Below, in pieces: positions 13,560 to 25,768 of a DNA stretch of 42,506 nucleotides. The number at the start of each line of letters is the position of its first letter. Position 1 is the stretch's first letter. A program made the position numbers and the translations under genes. The DNA lies in the NCBI GenBank assembly GCA_051453625.1, contig JBOZIK010000001.1:24691596-24734101 (forward strand), read 5' to 3'. The notes beneath the pieces are model-generated. The model saw only the letters and a program-made list of their open reading frames with translations. It made no database searches and had not been told where the DNA came from. Source of the DNA: Welwitschia mirabilis. Lineage: Eukaryota.

Positions 13560-15330
13560 ATATTGGTAGTTGGATGAACTTAGTGGGTAGTTTGTATTTT
13601 TAAATTAGTTTCTAAAAAGTTGAGAATTGTTTTGAAAATAAGTGTTTAACCTTGGTTATGCCTAATTTTGATTTTGGAAGTTTTGATATGGTTGGTTGAA
13701 AGCACAAACTTCTTCATGAATTCTTTTTTTATATGTTGGCAAAAGAGGACAGTTTTTAGTAACATGATAATTATCCCTACATAAGTCACAAGTTTGCATA
13801 ACATTTCTTTTAGTTATGGTTTTAACATCTAAGATCATTTCTACATATTTCTCTAAGGTTATTGTAAAACCTTTTATAGAATTTATAAGATTAAATTCTA
13901 CCTCTTTTTGTTGTTTCACCTCTTTTAAGTCTTTAATGAGTTGANNNNNNNNNNNNNNNNNNNNNNNNNNNNNNNNNNNNNNNNNNNNNNNNNNNNNNNN
14001 NNNNNNNNNNNNNNNNNNNNNNNNNNNNNNNNNNNNNNNNNNNNNNNNNNNNNNNNNNNNNNNNNNNNNNNNNNNNNNNNNNNNNNNNNNNNNNNNNNNN
14101 NNNNNNNNNNNNNNNNNNNNNNNNNNAAGGCATATACTGAATTAGAGTGGATTGCTATAAATAAATGTTCATAAGAGGTATAATATTTATTTGGTTTTTG
14201 TTGAAAGTTTATTACCTCTTTTTTTCTTTTTCTTATAGTTTCTTTACTTATGAATCTTTTTACAAATGTTTCCTGGACTTAATCCCATGTTCTTAATCTT
14301 TTATGAGGTATAGTTTTTAGCTAAAGTTTTTCCCTACTCTTTAATGTCATGGGAAAGATTACTATNNNNNNNNNNNNNNNNNNNNNNNNNNNNNNNNNNN
14401 NNNNNNNNNNNNNNNNNNNNNNNNNNNNNNNNNNNNNNNNNNNNNNNNNNNNNNNNNNNNNNNNNAATATTTATTTGGTTTTTGTTGAAAGTTTATTACC
14501 TCCTTTTTTCTTTTTCTCATAATTTCTTTACTCATGAATCTTTTTACAAATGTCTCTTGGACTTAATCCCATGTTCTTAAGCTTTTATGAGGTATAGTTT
14601 TTAGCTAAAGTTTTTCCCTACTCTTTAATGTCATGGGAAAGATTACCATATATATTTTATTTGAGAATAAGTCCTTCAATGTCTCCAATGTGTTGAANNN
14701 NNNNNNNNNNNNNNNNNNNNNNNNNNNNNNNNNNNNNNNNNNNNNNNNNNNNNNNNNNNNNNNNNNNNNNNNNNNNNNNNNNNNNNNNNNNNNNNNNTTA
14801 ATGTCATGGGAAAGATTACCATATATATTTTATTTGAGAATAAGTCCTTCAATGTCTCCAATGTGTTGAAGGAGATCCTCATCATCTACTCCACTAAAAG
14901 TTGGATAGGCATGCAAATTTTTAAGCTTAACATCATCTCTTGGGGATAGGTCAAAAGGTGTTTGAATTTCTCTTTTCTTATTAGCTAATAATTCTCTAAG
15001 GGTGAGGTTTGCATTAGGAGTAGAAGATTCTATGACTTGTTTTTACTTAGGGAAATTACTTGATATTGTAAATTGGTTCTCTTCTTCAATAGGATTTTCG
15101 TCAAGAAAATCTAACTCAGCAAAAATAAATTCAGAAGGAGGTTTGAGTGCACCTGGAGATTGATTTTCCAATTTGTTTTCTATATTCACTAATCCTTTTT
15201 TGATGTACTTTTCTACTAGTATCTTCTTTTTATAATATCTCTTCTCTATGTTGACTATATCGTAGCATCCTTCAAATAGTAAATAATAGAAAATAGATAA
15301 AAAATAATAGACTATCATCCTGTCTGTCAT
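13560..15330 (-). pseudogene. Athila gag remnant
   Basis: YPTFSGVDDEDLLQHIGDIE at ~14850-14910 (cf. LP.F.G..EDP..HL..F). Zinc finger CDLCRDNYHVTKNCP followed by an N/Q-rich linker in ORF 13662-13919. ORF 15043-15330 is the N-terminal part. Confidence 0.8.
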
Positions 15331-16339
15331 GGGGATAACCGAAGGGACGACACAAAAGAAACCAGAAAAATAGAAACAGAACCAAAACTGAAAATAGAAA
15401 GCAGAAAATTTAGAAACAGAACTATCATCCTTTTGGTCATCTAGACATCACAAGAGACATAAAAACTAATTTATTTCAAAAAAATCACAATCTAAAAATA
15501 AAACATAAAGTAAAAATAACACACTGTCATCCTGAATGTCATGGGGATGACAAAAGGGAGGACCACTCTTTTTCTACAGAAAACAGAAACCAAAAAAATG
15601 AAACTAAAAAACTGCACACAAAAAACCTACAACTTCTAATAAAATATAATGTTGCGTAAATAAATAACCAAATAGAGGTTTAATATACTCACTCAAATGA
15701 TGATAATTCTTGTACTCCTCAATAGCATTTTCTAGCAATGCCATCAAAATGTTGCAGTGTGTATTTGTGTAAGCTTTTACATTTAAAGAGATCCTGTCAT
15801 TAATAATCAAAATAGATATTTTACACAATACATCACACTAATATAATGGAAGTTAACCCAAAATGTCATATCCACATTAAAGTCTATAAGATTCAAGTTT
15901 CTTTGCAAATAAAACTAGGAATCAAAAATAAATAATAATACGAGGAAATAAAGATACAATGTAAGATGCAAGNNNNNNNNNNNNNNNNNNNNNNNNNNNN
16001 NNNNNNNNNNNNNNNNNNNNNNNNNNNNNNNNNNNNNNNNNNNNNNNNNNNNNNNNNNNNNNNNNNNNNNNNAAACTAATTTATTAAAAAAAAAATCACA
16101 ATCTAAAAATAAAACCTAAAGTAAAAATAACACACTATCATCTTGAATGTCATGGGGATGATAAAGGGGAGGACCACTCTTTTTCTACAGAAAACTGAAA
16201 CCGAAAAAATCAAACTGAAAAACTGCACACCAAAAACCTATAACTCCTAATAAAATATAATGTTGCATAGATAAATAACCAAATAGAGGTTTAATATACT
16301 CACTCAAATGATGAAAATCCTTGTACTCCTTAATAGAAT

Positions 16340-16357
16340 TTCCTAGCAATGCCATCA
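16340..16357 (-). promoter_or_regulatory. Decayed tRNA-Asp-type PBS (duplicate copy at 15729-15746)
   Basis: rc TGATGGCATTGCTAGGAA versus the Athila PBS TGGCGCCGTTGCCGGGGA: 11/18 identical, with 6 of the 7 changes being C>T or G>A. It lies 3 nt from the LTR end. Confidence 0.7.
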
Positions 16358-16360
16358 AAA

Positions 16361-17409
16361 TGTTGTAGTGTGTATTTGTGTACGCTTTTACATTTAAAGA
16401 TATCCTGTCATTAATAATCAAAATAGATGTTTTACATAATACATCACACTAGTATAATGGAAGTTAACCCAAAATGTTATATCCACATTAAAGTCTATGA
16501 GACTTAAGTTGCTTTGCAAATAAAACTAGGAATCAAAAATAAATAATAATACGAGAAAATAAAGATACAATGTAAGATGAAAGATGCAATCTAAACTAGT
16601 ATGAAATGTAAAAAATAGAATTAAATCTACTTACTTTTAGTGTTAACAAAGGCTGTTCTTCATGATCTATGTCATCCAAGAAATTATCACCAATTCAAGG
16701 ACAATCATAAACTATAAGGATAATTAGAAAACCTAAGATGCAAACATGAAAAGAAAACTAAGTTTTATATTAAATGAGTAACAACATCTGGGTTACAAAG
16801 CAACTGGATCTCAATGGAGGATACACAACACTCCACCAAGTGCATGTCTTTCTACAATACTCACGATAGATCTCCTGCCCTTCGATCTCCTATCATGAGA
16901 ATTTCCAGTGCAATAAAGATAAGAAGGAGATTCGAAGAGGGACTTATTTATAGGGAAATATAGCAGAAGCAGACAAAATGGTAGGTGTGGAAAGGCACAC
17001 TCCTTTATAGCTTAAAAATGGATAAAATGGTTAAGGATAGCTGTCAGAGTCAGTTACAAATCAGTGTCATTCAGACTAGCATTTGGATGATAACGGGGAT
17101 GATAGCACATTATAAAATATGATTTATATTGATGACTCATCAATGATTTAATGGTTCACATCAAGAGTCGTCGTCCTACTTGTTATGGATATGATGGAGA
17201 GAATGACGGTCTTATTTAATCATTTCCTTAAACAGAACTTAGTATTTTTGCCATTAATCCTTCTTCAAAGCTCTGTGCATCAGAAAGTGTCTTTAATACA
17301 TCAATTTTGGATAAGAATCATACTTTTTTGAGATTTCCTCTTGTATCTTTAAAATCCTTAGAATTGCACTTAAACTTGTATAAAAGTCCTGCAAAACAAC
17401 TCATAAAAC
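16361..17409 (-). repeat. 5' LTR of the Athila-type element (partial duplicate at 15750-15972)
   Basis: Starts TGTTGTAGTGTG and is collinear with 8127-9676. The last ~33 bp fall in the gap. Confidence 0.88.
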
Positions 17410-17982
17410 NNNNNNNNNNNNNNNNNNNNNNNNNNNNNNNNNNNNNNNNNNNNNNNNNNNNNNNNNNNNNNNNNNNNNNNNNNNNNNNNNNNNNNNNNNN
17501 NNNNNNNNNNNNNNNNNNNNNNNNNNNNNNNNNNNNNNNNNNNNNNNNNNNNNNNNNNNNNNNNNNNNNNNNNNNNNNNNNNNNNNNNNNNNNNNNNNNN
17601 NNNNNNNNNNNNNNNNNNNNNNNNNNNNNNNNNNNNNNNNNNNNNNNNNNNNNNNNNNNNNNNNNNNNNNNNNNNNNNNNNNNNNNNNNNNNNNNNNNNN
17701 NNNNNNNNNNNNNNNNNNNNNNNNNNNNNNNNNNNNNNNNNNNNNNNNNNNNNNNNNNNNNNNNNNNNNNNNNNNNNNNNNNNNNNNNNNNNNNNNNNNN
17801 NNNNNNNNNNNNNNNNNNNNNNNNNNNNNNNNNNNNNNNNNNNNNNNNNNNNNNNNNNNNNNNNNNNNNNNNNNNNNNNNNNNNNNNNNNNNNNNNNNNN
17901 NNNNNNNNNNNNNNNNNNNNNNNNNNNNNNNNNNNNNNNNNNNNNNNNNNNNNNNNNNNNNNNNNNNNNNNNNNNNNNNNNN

Positions 17983-18486
17983 TTACTAACATGATGCCTT
18001 GATCATGATGATAGTGTCATCTACATAGTGGTTAGTAATGAAGGTTTAACCTCCTATTCTGATTCTTGAAACTCCATTACTCTTTAAGAAAACCTGTAAA
18101 ATATTTATAATAAATAGGAAAAGATATGGAAATAGGGGGTTCCCTTGTCTTAATCCTCGAGTTCCTAAGAAAAATTTGGACTTGTGGTTGTTAACCTCCA
18201 TACTAACTTTATCTAATGCATGCATATTTAACCATAGATTAATAATGTCTTAATGAAATTAAGTTTTCCTAAGGATACATCCTAATACTTACCAACTAAT
18301 AGAATCATACGTTTTAGTGATATCCAAATTAGTAATAAAAAAATGAAATTTATATTTTTTAATAGAATGAATAATGTTGTGAGTCAAGAGGATTTGGTCC
18401 TGGATATACCTAAATTAAATAAAGCCAACTTGATTCTCTAAAATCGCCTTAGGTAGCAGGGGGGGATATGACCAACCATGATTTTT
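17983..18486 (-). mobile_element. L1 copy A, reverse-transcriptase core (continuation after the Athila insertion)
   Basis: ENQVGFI, NLDITKTYDSI, RGLRQGNPLFPYLFL and HYVDDTIIM. The 573-N gap matches the ~33 bp of missing LTR plus the ~550 bp of L1 expected from copy B. Confidence 0.85.
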
Positions 18487-18586
18487 NNNNNNNNNNNNNN
18501 NNNNNNNNNNNNNNNNNNNNNNNNNNNNNNNNNNNNNNNNNNNNNNNNNNNNNNNNNNNNNNNNNNNNNNNNNNNNNNNNNNNNNN

Positions 18587-21500
18587 AGGAGGGTGTTCAA
18601 AGGATAAGAGTATTCTCTTATCCTAAACTCATTAGCTATCCTCTAAAGCATCAAAATTAATCCTAAATGCCTAGTGATATCTTTGCGTCAAAGGGCCTAA
18701 ATAAAGAAAAAGAGTAAATTTACTTTGTGCCCTAGGTCCAGGACTTTAAGAAAAGTGAAGTATAGTTTTAAGAGCTTTGAGCAATAGCTAGATTGAATGA
18801 AGTATTGGTCGAATAATTATACACCTAAGCCCTAAGGAGGCAGAAGCTTCTTCTGGCTAATGTATTCACTAGACAACTTAGAAACACCACCAGGAAATAA
18901 ATGGAGCATCTCCTACTACCCTCGGCTTCCAAGAAGAATTTTTTTCCTACCTACCAAGATTTCGAAGAGCCTAAAAATAGATTCTTCAATTATTTCAATG
19001 GGAATTCTTCTGAAGTTGGTGTATTACCCTCTCTAACTTTATAAAATGAGGTGATATCAGCCCCTGGCTCTTCCTTAAGTTTATATAGGATGGTTCCCCA
19101 TCGCATAGCTTACACTTTATTCCATAGGTCTGGACATCCTTTGAAAAGGCTGGATTAGATGGCTCAAAGGTGGGTGTTTCTTCCATTGTAATTCTACTTT
19201 GAGAATGATAATGTTTGGTCCTCCTAGTAGTATTTATTCGAAATGGTAAGGGAGTGTTATTAAAAATAAAACCATTTCTGGATCTCTAAATCTACCAATA
19301 ATTCAAAAAAATCCCATCATTTAAGCAAGTGTCAGATGCGTTGCAGATCTTATAGTACTTCTTTATTATTACCATTAAATCTTTATTTCAAGTGCATTGA
19401 TGAAACAAGTGGTTAGCATTTTCAGGATAGGATTGACAGACAGGACAAACAATTTCTAGTTGGAAGCCTCTCTTATGTAATTAATCTCTAATGAGGATTT
19501 TATGATTACCCTTTAACCAACAAAAGACTTTGATTTTTTCTAGAATTTAACCCTTCTAAAATTTCCTATAAGAGTCATCTTTTTCATATTTCTTTCTGCA
19601 TGGAAAATGTTTGAGTCTAGCAGGTGTCTTTGAGCTTTACTGAGATGTTTTCTTAAGTAGGATTCTCCTTGATCAGAGATCCAATTTGGATATTTGTAAT
19701 TGATTAAATTAATCCATGATTATCCTCCCTCAATTAGTCTTTTCAAGAACCGATGGGCTCCTATAAGAAGATAGTTCTCTAGTCTCTAGATACCCTAGCC
19801 TTCTAATTTCTTCTATTGAGCTATTATCTTCCATCTGTAAAGGTGAATATAATCTTTATCTTTACCTTTAGATCAAATGAATTTCTTTAGGATTCTATTG
19901 ATTTTTTAAATGACATTCTTTTTTGGGGGATGGGAGGGGAAAGGGTAATAACGGAAGCTATGTATATAAAGGTATAGATTAGACACAGGTTTATAAGGGT
20001 AATATTTACTTTAGAGGAGATGAAGTTATTCTGTCAAGAGTTGCATCATCTTTTTATAGACTCAAGGATATAGTTTCAAGTAAGAGTTTTGTGCCAATTT
20101 TAAAGGAAAATTCCCAACTAAGTAGATGTCTTATAGGTCTTCCAATTTAGTGTTTAGGATTCTAATGATTTTGCCTTCTCTGATACTATTTATATCTAAG
20201 GTATGGATTCTTGATTTATTTTAGTTGGTATGGATACCTATAGATTCCATAAAAAGGTTTATGGAATTATTAATAGCTCTTAATTAATGATATGAGGTCT
20301 TAATCACGATGATAGTGTCATCTTCATAGTGATTATTGATGAAGGTTTGACCTTCTATCTTAATTTCTAAAACTCCATTACTTTTTAAGAGAATCTATAA
20401 AACATTCATAACAAAAAGGAAAAGATATGGGAATAAGGGATTCCCCTGTCTTAATCCTTGATCTACTGAGAAAAATTTGGAATTTTTGTTGTTAACATCC
20501 ACACTAAATTTAGTTTATGCCTACATATCTAGCCATAGATTAATAATGTGTTAATGAAATTCAGTTTTCCTAAGGATACATCCTAATACTTATCAATCAA
20601 TAGAATCATAAGCTTTAGTAATATCCAAATTAGTAATAAAAAAAGGAAATTTATGTTTTTTAATAGAATGAATAATGTTTTGAGTCAAGAGGATTTGGTC
20701 CTAGATATACCTAAATTAGATGAAGCTAACTTGATTCTCTAAAATCGCCTTAGGTAGCAGGGGGCGATATGACCAACCATGATTTTTGCAAAGATTCTAT
20801 AAATAACATTACAGATACCTAAGGGTCTTAAGTCCTTTAGTTTGCTGGAATCCCATTTTTCAAGGATAAGGACCATTATGGTTCTATTCATTTCCCTGAG
20901 AATATGCTTATTGTGAAATATATCTTATATGACATCTTGAACATTATTCCCTAAAGTGAAAAAATGAGATTTAAAAAGCTCAACTGGCCACTTGTCTAGT
21001 CTAGATACTCTATTGTTCTTTATAGTTCTCATTGTTAACAGGACTTTATATTTGCTCAAGGGTTTAATAAGGTGGGAGTTGTCCTTATTGGAAATTCTTC
21101 TATTCTTTATGATAAGGCCAGGGGTGATATCATCTCATTTCCAAAAAGCCTACATTTCATTAGCTATTTCCTATTCATTTTTAGTTATGTGGCCTCTGAT
21201 GATAAGCCTTTTAATCTTATTATGTGCTTTATATTGATTGACTTGTTGGAAGTAAAACTTGGTATGCTTGTCCCTTTTTTTAAGCCATTTTATCCTTGAT
21301 CATTCTCTTTGATAATTTTTCTCATTAGGATTTATTTCTTGGAGTTCTAAGAAGCATTGATATTTCCTATTACAAAGCTTATCTTAGTCTTCTCCCTTTC
21401 TTGCTCAACCTAGATTCTCTAGATTTCTTCCTTTAGGTCCACTTTTGATTTCAATCTTTCTTTGTTTTTCCTCTTCCAGTCCTTTATATGGGCTTTTAAG

Positions 21501-22300
21501 GTATTAAAATCTATTTAAAACAAGGTTAAGAATTACGTCATATTGAACCTAGATTTTTTTATTAAAGTTTCAATATCTATCTAATTAATCAAGTACCTTT
21601 TCATATGAAACAAAGTCTTCTAGGATGCTATTACCCATACTCTAAGTTTGATAGGATAATGATCTAAAGCTAGTCTATTTAGCTTATAGGATTTGATTGG
21701 AAGCTTAACTGAGTCCTTTCCAATGAAAGTTTTATCAATCTTGGACATGATCATATTATTGCTTATTCTTCTATTAGATCAGGTATATTTGCACCCAACA
21801 ATGTGAATATATATAAGTGTATTCTATTTCATAAAATATTCTAGAATTGAAGCTCCTTTGGAATTCTAGTTATTACCATCTGATTTTTCCCAATGGTGTA
21901 GACATTGATTAAAGTCCCCAGTAATGAGACATTTAGAATTATCTTTTATAGTCCGTTGTAATTCCACTAAAGTAAAAGATTTATCATGATTATTTTAAGG
22001 ACTATAAATATTTGTTATAGTACATCCTTCTTCCTTAAGAAAGATTGTGATATGGTTCTTACTACTATTAACTAGATATACCTATTTTTTCATGAAAATA
22101 ATGAGGCCTCTTGAGTTTTCTTGAGCTACAAAAGTTAAAATATTTCATTGCGACCTTAGATTATTTATTTTCATATCATTTTTTATTTTTGTTTCTTGTA
22201 AACAAACTAAATCAATATTAAATTAATTAATGAGATTTCTTAGGGTCTTTTTCTTGTAGGAGGATCCTAATCCCCTGCAATTTTATGAAAGATAATTTAT
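18587..22300 (-). pseudogene. L1 ORF2 (APE endonuclease - RT - zf-RVT - RNase H), decayed, copy B
   Basis: EN: LS*NCRGLGS..IDLVCLQETK, CLITGDFNQ, SKIDKTF, ALDHYPI. RT: ENQVSFI..DQILLTQNIIH, LDITKAYDSI, QGLRQGNPLFPYLF, HYEDDTII. Then CKLCDGEP and RNase H AFRINFDAL. Confidence 0.92.
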
Positions 22301-22309
22301 TAGGTCTAT

Positions 22310-24320
22310 TTTTGCCCCTTTTTGGATGTTTAACCTTTTTTTAGTGGATCTTCAATGGTATCTTAGGAGATATTGACCACATTCTCTGTCATTTCCCTTT
22401 CTCGAAGGGTTCTCTTATTGCATCTTCCTCTTATCTAAATTGATACATCATTCAGGTCATCTGTATTTGGTGGATTTTGAGGTTGTTAAAAGTTCTCGTC
22501 TTCGATAAGAGGTTGTAAGGGGTTGTACTTTCTTTCCTATGACTTCTTCTCCTTGCTTGCCTTGGTTTCCTTGGGGAAAACCATTGTACTTTTCACCAAG
22601 TTTTCCTTCNNNNNNNNNNNNNNNNNNNNNNNNNNNNNNNNNNNNNNNNNNNNNNNNNNNNNNNNNNNNNNNNNNNNNNNNNNNNNNNNNNNNNNNNNNN
22701 NNNNNNNNNCATTTTTCATTTTTGTTTCTTGTAAACAAACTAAATCAATATTAAATTAACTAATGAGATTTCTTAGGGTCTTTTTCTTGTAGGAGGATCC
22801 TAATCCCCTGCAATTTTATGAAAGACAATTCATTAGGTCTATTTTTGCCACTTTTGGAATGTTTAATCTTTTTTCAGTGGATCTTCAATGGTATCTTAGG
22901 AGATATTGACCACATTCTATATCATTTCCCTTTCTCGAAGGGTNNNNNNNNNNNNNNNNNNNNNNNAAAGTCCTCGTCTTCGATAAGAGGTTGTAAGGGG
23001 TTGCACTTTATTTCCTATGACTTCTTCTTCTTGCTTGCCTTGGTTTCCTTGGGGAAAACCATTGTACTTTTCACCAAGTTTTCCTTCCTTTGTTTATGCC
23101 AACATATGATCTGATTATATCCAGTTTTCCCATAAAAAGAAGAGGTTTTCTTTTGTTTTTCTTTAATGTCAACTATCTATTTTCTACATTCTTCTCTTAT
23201 ATAACTCATTCTACCATAATGNNNNNNNNNNNNNNNNNNNNNNNNNNNNNNNNNNNNNNNNNNNNNNNNNNNNNNNNNNNNNNNNNNNNNNNNNNNNNNN
23301 NNNNNNNNNNNNNNNNNNNNNCATATGCTCTGATTATATCCAGTCTTTCCACAAGAAGAAGAGGTTTTCTTTTGCTTATCTTTAATGTCAACTATCTGTT
23401 TTCTACATTCTTCTCTCTTATAACTCATTCTACCATAATGGAAGAATCTCTTTTCAGTAGAAACACATCTCCCTGAGATGTATCCTGATTTCTGTGGCAC
23501 TAAGAAGCTCTCATAGGTAACTTTAAGATTACATATACCTCACTTGGATTTGAATTTTATGGATTGTATCTTCTTTATATCCTCTAGACTCATCCACACG
23601 CAGGATCTACCTAGGACTAATCTTGTCTATTTGATGGTAATTCTATCAATCTTGATTAGTTCAAAAAACTAGGATACAATTTTACTTAGAAGATCTTCAT
23701 CCCAAAACTTCAAAGGAAACTTGTAGTTGTGGATCCATAAAGATAACTTCCTAAATAGGTTCAAGTCTGATTACATCCCCAGTGTTCATTTGGCTAGAGT
23801 GAGTCCCTTCACCCCAAAGAGCTAAGGTCCTCTCATGATTATCTCATCTTGATCTCATTCATTATCCAACTAGAAAAGCACTAGCTCTTCCAATATAGTA
23901 ATAACATTTACTTTACTAACTCTTGTCCATTTAGTTGCTACCCATTCTCTAATATGATCTAGCCTAAGTCATGGACTAGATAAAACGAACATAGTGATTA
24001 AATTATACTAGAGTTTCTTTTCAATGTCAGAGTAAGCACCTTCAGTTTTTCCTTTCCTAGAAAACTAAGTCTTATCCATTTTGGGGAATAAGCTCCTTAA
24101 TAAATCATAAAGTATTTCAAAATAGAGATATCAAAAAAATCCATAACTTATACAAAGATAGTCTGTTTGGTGACTGAAATTGCCCTTTGTGCGTCATGGT
24201 GACTAGGAACTGAAACCACCCCAGCCAATACTAGTCTTTCAAGCACTAGCTTCATCCTATGATCTAGATCCACCAAACCCTAATAGAGCCTCTTGCTTAG
24301 GCCTTTCTTCTTTAATCCCT
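22310..24320 (-). pseudogene. L1 ORF1 (DUF4283 + zinc knuckle) and 5' end, decayed
   Basis: LRLDHIREWVATKW, LSLWIHNYKFPLKFWDEDLLSKIVS, RLVLGRSCVWM, TYE.. followed by a degenerate knuckle and a basic tail. It lies directly upstream of the ORF2 start. Confidence 0.85.
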
Positions 24321-25450
24321 CTTGAATATGTTTTTAATTAGATATATTTGTGTTAATTATTATATCATTAGTACTTATGTTAAGGATACATTATTTAATA
24401 ATTATCAAGTTGACTAAGAAATACTAATTAGTTAAATTATAATGGATTTAAATGAGAAGCTTTAAACATAAATTAAATATATGTATGTAATGTTAAGAGA
24501 TGATAATGGTTAAAAGTAATGTATTGTTTGATAAAGGTATAAGTGAATTATTTATTTTAATTAATTAAATAAAATTTAAATAAAGATCATTGAAGTTATT
24601 AATAATATTAGTGTGAAGGTGGCTTGTTGAGATGAGATGGCTACAATTAACCTTATGCATGTAACATGGGTGGTATCAATTATTTAGAGAATGTGATAGT
24701 TACTCAGGTCATATGATATCTTGAAAAAGGTGGTGAGGCCTTATGCATGATGAATCCATGCCAATTGACAAGTGATCATTCAAATTTAAGTGTCTTAGAA
24801 AAAGGGATAGACATTTGAGAAGGATCTGACTTTAATTATACAATATTGTTTGAAAAATGAAGATCCTTGGTATTCAAGAATTGAGGATAAAGGCTTGGAC
24901 ATAAAGAATTTGGGAGGAAAGAGAAGATCGAAGTGGCTAATGAAGGATGACATCTTCATATACTTACCTTGAGAGATAAGTCTTAAAGATTTTTAAAAAT
25001 CATTACTAAAAGATGTTTAATATCATTAGAATTTTTTTTAGGGATTGATTTAAATGTAATATTTGATAGTTAGCATATTTATGTAAATTTGTACATAGAA
25101 TTTACCTTATTTTAAGATGTAAATCTACATAGGAACATTTGTTTAACTATTGTAAAGAAGATGCCTTTGGTAGTGGTGGTTAGGTTGGTGTTAGAAAATA
25201 CCCAAAAAAAACTATTAAATAGGTAAATGTAGACAACAAAAATTATATCACAAATACAAATTTTAGAGTAAAACATGTAGTTCCATGAAATGAAAATTCA
25301 TAAGTATACAAGCAAATAAGAAAGCAAGTAAAGGAATATACAAAAATCATGTAGATGCTATAATATAATGCAACCAATGTACGATAACAAATAAGATAGA
25401 CTTAAACCTCATGTTGTTTTTTGTTTAAAAAATAAAAACCACTTAAATTT

Positions 25451-25768
25451 AGCTAATGAGGGCATAGCGCATTGGTAAGAGCACTTGATCTAGTTCTACT
25501 AGGTTACGGGTTCAAGCCATGACCTCATGCCTGAGGTATATTCTTATAATCTCCTCTCCTACTACTATGTATACTACTTAGCACTAGTGTGTTGGGTGTA
25601 AAAGAGGCTCTACACTTTGCTTGATGGGTGATTTGTAAGACTCATGACAGACACTAGACAAAGCAGTGTGTCTAGACTATGGTAGCTCAAACATGTTAAT
25701 AAATATCCAAGACTGTCACTGAAGAGTTTCAACCACCAAGGCAATGGAGGGATTTATGTTCAATATAA
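25451..25768 (+). mobile_element. tRNA-derived SINE (~318 bp) with 17-bp TSD
   Basis: Pol III A box TAGCGCATTGG (25465-25475) and B box GGTTCAAGCC (25509-25518). Acceptor-like inverted repeat ATGAGGGCAT/ATGACCTCAT (25456-25465/25519-25528). A-rich tail. Exact direct repeat AAAAACCACTTAAATTT at 25434-25450 and 25769-25785. Confidence 0.88.

Larger units (their letters stand above)
8127..17409 (-). mobile_element. Athila-type Ty3/Gypsy LTR retrotransposon inserted in L1 copy A; only gag and protease visible; 5' LTR end lies in the gap
   Basis: Two ~1.1-kb LTRs with TGTTGC...GCAACA termini, a decayed tRNA-Asp PBS, an Athila-like PPT region, and gag and aspartic-protease remnants. Confidence 0.88.

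Noticed and set aside
24275..24283. Telo-box AAACCCTAA
   Set aside because: A single 9-mer in the L1 5' region; not a telomeric array.
24700..24980. Possible Gypsy integrase C-terminus/chromodomain (SYDILKKV, EKDLT, KWLMKDDIFIYLP)
   Set aside because: Too short and degenerate to call by eye; it needs an HMM search.
25456..25528. Functional tRNA gene
   Set aside because: There is no clean anticodon arm or T stem, and it is followed by a ~240-bp body, an A tail and a TSD, so it is a SINE head.
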